Translations under genes and position numbers: made by a program
Shown: piece by piece, positions 59,581-64,000 of the stretch
Layout of the letters: every line of letters starts with the position of its first letter
Numbering within the stretch: the stretch's first letter is position 1
Notes under the pieces: generated by a model
What the model saw: only the letters and a program-made list of their open reading frames with translations
The model's database searches: none
Told to the model about the DNA's origin: nothing
DNA from: Gaiellales bacterium
GTDB lineage: Bacteria > Actinomycetota > Thermoleophilia > Gaiellales > JALYLC01
Length of the DNA: 64,000 nt
NCBI GenBank assembly: GCA_035696365.1
Contig: DASRQS010000136.1
Coordinates: 259-64,258 of the forward strand
Reading direction: 5' to 3'

Positions 59581-60262
59581 TAGCCGCTCGACGCCGTCCT
59601 GATGTCGCCGGTGGGCTTCCCGTTCAGGGACAGCCGCTGCCAGGCACGGGATAGATCGCGCCCTTGGAGACGAGCGTTGGGACAGAGCGAGCCGAAACGC
59701 GGCTGGCAAGGTGTTCCTGCGTCATGCAGATAGAGACCTTGGTGTGATATTGCTTGTCGGCTGGCGCCGGGCTGCGGCTCGGGGATTGCGCGTTGGCGGT
59801 TCCGCCCGTAGCCGAGTCAATCGCCGCGGTCGAGGAATCGACGGCTTGCTGGAGCGCTCCAACGACGTCCCCGCTCACGGAGTTCGAAACTGCGCCGATC
59901 GTTCCGGCAACTGCGCCGACCTTGTCGGCGGACTCGCCCACGGCCGAGCGGAGCGCGGCGACGGAGGAGTTGGCGGCTTGCCGGAGCGGGCCTAAGAATT
60001 GCTCTCTGAACGTGTTCGACACGGAGCCGACCCCGCTGAACGCCACCCAGCTCGCTAGTACGGCCAGGAAGAGCACGACCACCGCAAGCGCCCATCGCGC
60101 CTCGGAGAGCGTCATCTCTTCGCCCGCATCGACAGGCTCTTCGTGGAGCCCTTCTTCGAGTTCGGGATCGTCGTGACCCGGCAACGCGTTCCTCGCGATC
60201 CTCGTTCACCAGCCTTTACCGGCGGACGGCGCGAAACCTTACGGGGAGGATGGGGTGATTCG
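59581..60262 (-). repeat. Right copy of the duplicated module flanking the polysaccharide island
   Basis: See 46578..47160. Same orientation, with the same spacing of the conserved upstream blocks relative to the gene start. Confidence 0.65.
59624..60184 (-). CDS. Single-pass membrane protein, paralog B
   Basis: TM WALAVVVLFLAVLASWVAF. The C-terminus KQYHTKVSIC...SARSVPTLVSKGAIYPVPGSGC matches paralog A. The TTG start at 60184 is uncertain. Confidence 0.55.
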   Translation of the reverse strand: MPGHDDPELEEGLHEEPVDAGEEMTLSEARWALAVVVLFLAVLASWVAFSGVGSVSNTFREQFLGPLRQAANSSVAALRSAVGESADKVGAVAGTIGAVSNSVSGDVVGALQQAVDSSTAAIDSATGGTANAQSPSRSPAPADKQYHTKVSICMTQEHLASRVSARSVPTLVSKGAIYPVPGSGCP

Positions 60263-60501
60263 ACCACCTCGCGCGTCGGCCCGTCGTGCCGCCACCCAGA
60301 GCCTCAACTGGGGAGCGTCGGTGGTGGGTCAGGTATCGAACAGACCCACCACCGGAGCGCAAGTTTACTCTTCGTGCGGATGAGCACCAGGGGTGCCTTC
60401 CACCACCAGAACTCTTCGCGTGAGCCGTTGAGGGCGCAGAGCCGTAAACCAACATGGCAACGGAGAAGGCGACGCCGGCGCATGGGTCGGCGGAGGCCCT
60501 G

Positions 60502-60621
60502 CTAGTCGTCGTGGTTTTCGTAGCCGGCGTTCCCAACCGAGTAGCCTGCCGCTGTCCGGCAGCGCCGGACTGCCAGGCGCGACGTCGCCGCCCGGTGAGT
60601 CACCTTGTCGCTTCGGATCAT
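60502..60621 (-). CDS. 39-codon ORF translationally coupled to the PPOX-like gene (speculative)
   Basis: The ATG overlaps the upstream stop (ATGA). Hand translation: MIRSDKVTHRAATSRLAVRRCRTAAGYSVGNAGYENHDD. Confidence 0.2.
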   Translation of the reverse strand: MIRSDKVTHRAATSRLAVRRCRTAAGYSVGNAGYENHDD

Positions 60622-61073
60622 CGCGTACTCGTTGCGGCTTCCCAGCCGTGCCAGTCATGGATGTCGATGGCGAGCACGGGCAGGTTGGGGCTCTCGCGCC
60701 GGTACTGCTCGTACTTTTCGATCAGCAGGCGGAGTGCCAACTCAGCCTCCTCACCGGCGTCGAGCACGCGCGCCTGTCCATCTAGTCGCACCCACCACAG
60801 CCGGCTCCAGTCGTCTTCGTAGTGGTCAACCAGGACGGTGACGCCGGGACGGGCGCGGGCGTTCTCGATGCGGCGTAGCCGGCGCGAGCGCTTGGGCTTG
60901 GCGTCGACGGCGCTGTAGAGCGTCTTGCCGTGGATGACAAAGACGATCGGCACGAGGTGCGGACAGCCGTCCGCATCGATCGTCGCCAGCCGCGCGACCC
61001 GCGCAGAGAGCACCCGTCTGAGCGCTTTCTCCCGGTCCACCTGGGAAGTATCGCGGCGAACCCCGACCAGCAC
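60618..61073 (-). CDS. PPOX-class (pyridoxamine 5'-phosphate oxidase-like), probably F420-dependent protein; start uncertain
   Basis: ARLATIDADGCPHLVPIVFVIHGKTLYSAVDAKPK...LRRIENARARPGVTVLVDHYEDDWSRLWWVRLDG resembles the Rv0121-type F420 family. The track ORF start at 61313 overlaps the neighbouring gene. GTG candidates are at 61073 and 61040. Confidence 0.65.
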   Translation of the reverse strand: MLVGVRRDTSQVDREKALRRVLSARVARLATIDADGCPHLVPIVFVIHGKTLYSAVDAKPKRSRRLRRIENARARPGVTVLVDHYEDDWSRLWWVRLDGQARVLDAGEEAELALRLLIEKYEQYRRESPNLPVLAIDIHDWHGWEAATSTR

Positions 61074-61158
61074 GCCGAGTACCACGGCCGAATGCGCAGG
61101 CAGGAGGTCGGCGGTTTTGAATCCTGATTGGTTCCATTGCCCGTTGCTGACGTCTCCG

Positions 61159-61857
61159 TTATCCCGGGAGCTGGGTCCGGAAGAGGCGGCCGAGACCTTC
61201 GATCTCGTCGCGGATCCCGGCGAGTCGTAGGCAATGCCAGGCAAGCGCGTGGTTCGATGACGTGATCGGCTTTCCGACGCGCTCCTCGGCGCGCTCGACG
61301 ATGCCGCAGACACGCAGGCTGGTACAGGCGACGAAGGCGGCGTCGACGGCCGGATCGGAAGCCAATTCGATCAACGCGTCCTCGATCGAGGCCTCGCTGA
61401 TGCGGGCGACGGCGTTGTCATCGGGGAGGTTGAAGGAGCCCATGACGGGCACCTCGAGGCTCTCCGCCAGGATCGCGCGGCGCATTCCCTGGTTGACCTC
61501 GTCGACGTACGGTGTGAGTAGCGCGATGCGGCTCGTCCGCATCGCCGCAAGGGCGGTGAGTGCCGCCGTGAACGGGTTCGTGACGGCGATGCCGGGTCGC
61601 GCCTCGTGCACGCGGGCGGCCACGTTCGCCGGGCCGATCACCATCGCACCCGACGTACAGCCGTAGCCGACAACGTCGATCCGTTCGCCAGGACGCAGGA
61701 CGGCCGTGCAGTCGACCAGCCGTGCCTCCATCGCAGCGAGGGTCTCGGAGTTGATGTCCGGCGAGTTCATGATCCTGCTCGCGAACACGCCGACGCCCGC
61801 GAAGCGAGGCACGATCTGGCGCCATTCAGCTTCGATCGTGTGGTCCGTCGCCAGCAC
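61159..61857 (-). CDS. Asp/Glu/hydantoin racemase superfamily protein (maleate isomerase / EutA-like)
   Basis: Two catalytic Cys contexts, VVGYGCTSGAMV and AAFVACTSLRV. The N-terminus appears to extend upstream of the first canonical start (see findings). Confidence 0.75.
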   Translation of the reverse strand: MLATDHTIEAEWRQIVPRFAGVGVFASRIMNSPDINSETLAAMEARLVDCTAVLRPGERIDVVGYGCTSGAMVIGPANVAARVHEARPGIAVTNPFTAALTALAAMRTSRIALLTPYVDEVNQGMRRAILAESLEVPVMGSFNLPDDNAVARISEASIEDALIELASDPAVDAAFVACTSLRVCGIVERAEERVGKPITSSNHALAWHCLRLAGIRDEIEGLGRLFRTQLPG

Positions 61858-61965
61858 GATCAGTCCGATCGCCGCGCGCGACGCGACGCCGCCGTCGAGC
61901 GTGTGGGCGATGTGGTGGCGGTTGACGCGGAGGTTGTGGTCGGTCGCGGCGATAGTGATCCTCGT

Positions 61966-63216
61966 CTACCGGCTGCCGGCGGCGAGCGCCAGACCGGTCA
62001 CGTCGATCGCGGTTGGCTCCTGACGCAGCATATCGGCGAGCAGGCGCGCCGATCCGGCCGACATCGTCCAGCCCATGTGGCCGTGGCCCGTGTTGAGCCA
62101 CAGGTTTGCCTGCTTCGAGGGTCCGATGATCGGCGGCCCTCCGGGCGTCATCGGACGAAGCCCCGCCCAGTAGCTCGGCGTCGACCAATCCGCCGCAGCG
62201 GGGAAGAGCGAGCGTGCGGAGCGCAGCATGGCGTCGAAATCCGACGGTCTGTGGGACGTGTCGTAGCCCTTGAACTCCGCCGTCGAGGTGAGTCTGAGGC
62301 GATCGCCGAAACGGGCCCAGGCAACGAGGTTGTTCTCGTCGACGCCGCCGACGCAGGGTGCGCCCTCGCGAGCCGGCAGCGTCACGGAGTAGCCCTTGAC
62401 GGGGTAGATCGGGAGGCGCAAACCGAGCTGCTTGCCGAGGCCGGCCGACCAGCAGCCGGCACACAGCACGTAGGCGTCGGCGGAGGCCGGGCCGCGCGAT
62501 GTGCGGACATGCTCGACGCGGTCGCCGGCGAGGGTGAAGCCGAGCACGTTCGTCGCGAAGCGGAACGTCACTCCGCGCTGCGCCAGCCAGTCGACGAGAC
62601 CGCGCGTGAAGAGGCGCGAGTCGCCCGATTCGTCGCTTGGGCAGTAGATCGCGCCACCGATCTGGTCGCTCGCTGCGGCGAACGCGGCTTCGACCGCGAT
62701 CACCTGCTCGGGAGTGAGGATCTCCATCACCTGCCCGGCCTCGCGGAGTATCTCCATGTGCGCCACACCGGCCTCGAACGAGGCCGTGTCGCGGTAGAGG
62801 TAGAGCAGGCCCTTGCTCAGCCCGTCGTAGGCGATGCCCGTGTCCTCGACGATCGCGTGCAGCCGCTCTTGTGAGTAGCTGCAGAGCCGCAGCTTGGTGA
62901 GCGTGTTGACGCGCGCGCGCTCGGCGGTGCACTCACGCAGGAACTTCAGAGACCAGCGATAGAGATCGGGGTCAAGGCTGGGCGAGAAGCGCAGCGCCTG
63001 GTCGCGGCGGAAGAGCGACTTGACGAGGATCTTCGGCGCCCTTGGCGAGGCCCAGGTATATGAGTGACCGGGCGCGATCAGGCCGGCGTTACCGAAGCTC
63101 GTTTCGTCGGCGGCGCCCTCGTGCCGCTCGACAACAGATACCTCGTGGCCGTCCTTGCAGAGTTCGTACGCCGTGGTCAGTCCGACAACGCCGGCACCAA
63201 TGACGATGACCTTCAC
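61966..63216 (-). CDS. dadA: FAD-dependent D-amino-acid dehydrogenase-like oxidoreductase
   Basis: GTG 63216 gives VKVIVIGAGVVGLTTAYEL (GxGxxG), FGNAGLIAPG and GHGHMGWTMSAGSARLLADM, which are DadA-like. Confidence 0.85.
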   Translation of the reverse strand: MKVIVIGAGVVGLTTAYELCKDGHEVSVVERHEGAADETSFGNAGLIAPGHSYTWASPRAPKILVKSLFRRDQALRFSPSLDPDLYRWSLKFLRECTAERARVNTLTKLRLCSYSQERLHAIVEDTGIAYDGLSKGLLYLYRDTASFEAGVAHMEILREAGQVMEILTPEQVIAVEAAFAAASDQIGGAIYCPSDESGDSRLFTRGLVDWLAQRGVTFRFATNVLGFTLAGDRVEHVRTSRGPASADAYVLCAGCWSAGLGKQLGLRLPIYPVKGYSVTLPAREGAPCVGGVDENNLVAWARFGDRLRLTSTAEFKGYDTSHRPSDFDAMLRSARSLFPAAADWSTPSYWAGLRPMTPGGPPIIGPSKQANLWLNTGHGHMGWTMSAGSARLLADMLRQEPTAIDVTGLALAAGSR

Positions 63217-64000
63217 GTCTGCTGGGTCTGACCGGCGACGTCGGCCGAGTCGTCGGCTGCGACCTGGCTGGTCTGGCTCATCCGCTGGTTCGTGTGGAGG
63301 CCCTCGAGGTTGCTGATCGCCGCCATCGTTGCACCCGCGCGGCATCGAGGTACGCGAGTTCGAGCCTACACGAGACCAGTTGCGACGCTCGCGGCGCGGT
63401 CGCTGCAGGAGCGGCGCAGCGGCGCTGCCGCCGCTTCATGCTGCCTCCCCTCATGGTTCCGCCGATGAGCCTGGCCTGCACGCCCGCCTCGTCAGCGGCA
63501 GCGACGAGCCGCAATGCCTCCTGTGTCACGTCCGGGAGGATCACGTCGCGCGTTGCGATTGTCCGAGCGGCGACACCGGAGGTGAGTCTACCGGCCGCAG
63601 CGCTCCCGGATGTCGAGCGCGGGGCGCAACTGGCCCGGCGGGCGAGAGCATTCGCATCACATGGATCTGGACGAAGCGAGCTGCCAGGCTTAGGCCTTTG
63701 AGGTCCCCACCTAGCGATCCGTCGATCGCGCCGGCCGAAGCGTTGTCCGGCGCTCAATTCCGAGTCGTGATCTTCAGGACAGCCTCGTTCGGCGAGCTCC
63801 TGTAAACGGCTGTTCGAGCCGTTATCGAGCAAGGTTGGCGAGGGTCGCTGCGACTCGCGCGCGGCAACCTGCGAGGCAACGCTAGGCCTCGACCCTGCCA
63901 AGGCCTTTCGTGACGCGCACGGGGGGTTCGTGCGGGAAGCTTCGCCGTCTCTCGGGTGCCTGGACGGCCCCGCCCGGTACGACGGTGCCGGAAACAGGCA

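Noticed and set aside
59152-59623. Track ORFs 59090..59467 (-) and 59126..59518 (+) in the lower-GC gap upstream of the WbaP-like gene. A faint HTH-like stretch (SSGTSILALLGEIG) was considered as a recombinase or transposase remnant.
   Set aside because: No recognisable catalytic motifs were found. The two ORFs overlap each other on opposite strands, and the similarity is too weak to call. The gap is treated as promoter or leader region of the glycan operon.
46578-60262. Integrase, transposase or tRNA attachment site at the borders of the polysaccharide island.
   Set aside because: None could be recognised in any frame. The island hypothesis rests only on composition by eye and on the flanking direct paralogous repeats.
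61251-61258. GGTTCGAT, a tRNA T-loop-like string. A similar GAGTTCGAGCC lies near 63352.
   Set aside because: No acceptor or anticodon stems can be drawn around either one. The first lies inside the racemase-family CDS. No tRNA was called.
63278-63901. Track ORF 63278..63901 (-), with a short stretch (ILPDVTQEALRLVAAADEAGVQARLIGG) reminiscent of nucleotidyltransferase-fold proteins, and overlapping plus-strand ORFs.
   Set aside because: Only about 35 residues look protein-like and the rest is Arg/Ser-rich. It is possibly a decayed fragment, but there is not enough evidence for a feature.

Overview
High-GC (about 70% by eye, not computed) chromosomal segment with Bacillus-like flagellar gene order. 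That combination suggests a motile actinobacterium of the Thermoleophilia type (Conexibacter or Solirubrobacter-like), but this is a guess. All calls come from reading the supplied translations and the DNA. No database search was run. Internal start sites were placed by arithmetic on the ORF track. (1) 1-24 kb is a large flagellar/motility regulon: fliA; fliOPQR-flhBA-flhF; a CHAP hydrolase; flgF-flgG-rod-binding-flgN-flgK-flgL-fliW-csrA-flagellin; a FliK-like/FlhB-C-like pair; flbD-motAB-fliL-fliN-methyltransferase; and fliJ-SLT-fliK-flgD-orf-flgE. Not seen in the window: fliEFGHI, fliM, flgBC, fliDS, flgM, flhG. (2) 25-32 kb is the most unusual part. It is a same-strand cluster of a SARP-cyclase-STAND-TPR regulator, a small secreted protein, a membrane-anchored TIR protein with an extracytoplasmic Cys-rich domain, and a TPR/SLOG/class III cyclase protein. 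The last two resemble Thoeris TIR-plus-SLOG logic with a cyclase output. (3) 32-38 kb is a pst phosphate ABC operon with two PstB paralogs split by an exported protein. (4) 38-43 kb holds a small His-rich repeat ORF, an MFS transporter fused to a cNMP-binding domain, and a translationally chained S8 peptidase-GAF-ECF sigma unit. (5) 43-46.5 kb is a DeoR-MFS-HAD operon plus decayed remnants. (6) 46.6-60.3 kb is a visibly lower-GC Wzx/Wzy/Wzc-type polysaccharide island with an embedded ECF sigma, bracketed by two directly repeated paralogous modules. (7) 60.5-63.2 kb holds PPOX/F420-like, maleate-isomerase-like and DadA-like genes. No rRNA, tRNA, CRISPR array or transposase was recognised. Many long ORFs in the track are antisense or alternate-frame artefacts of the high GC content.
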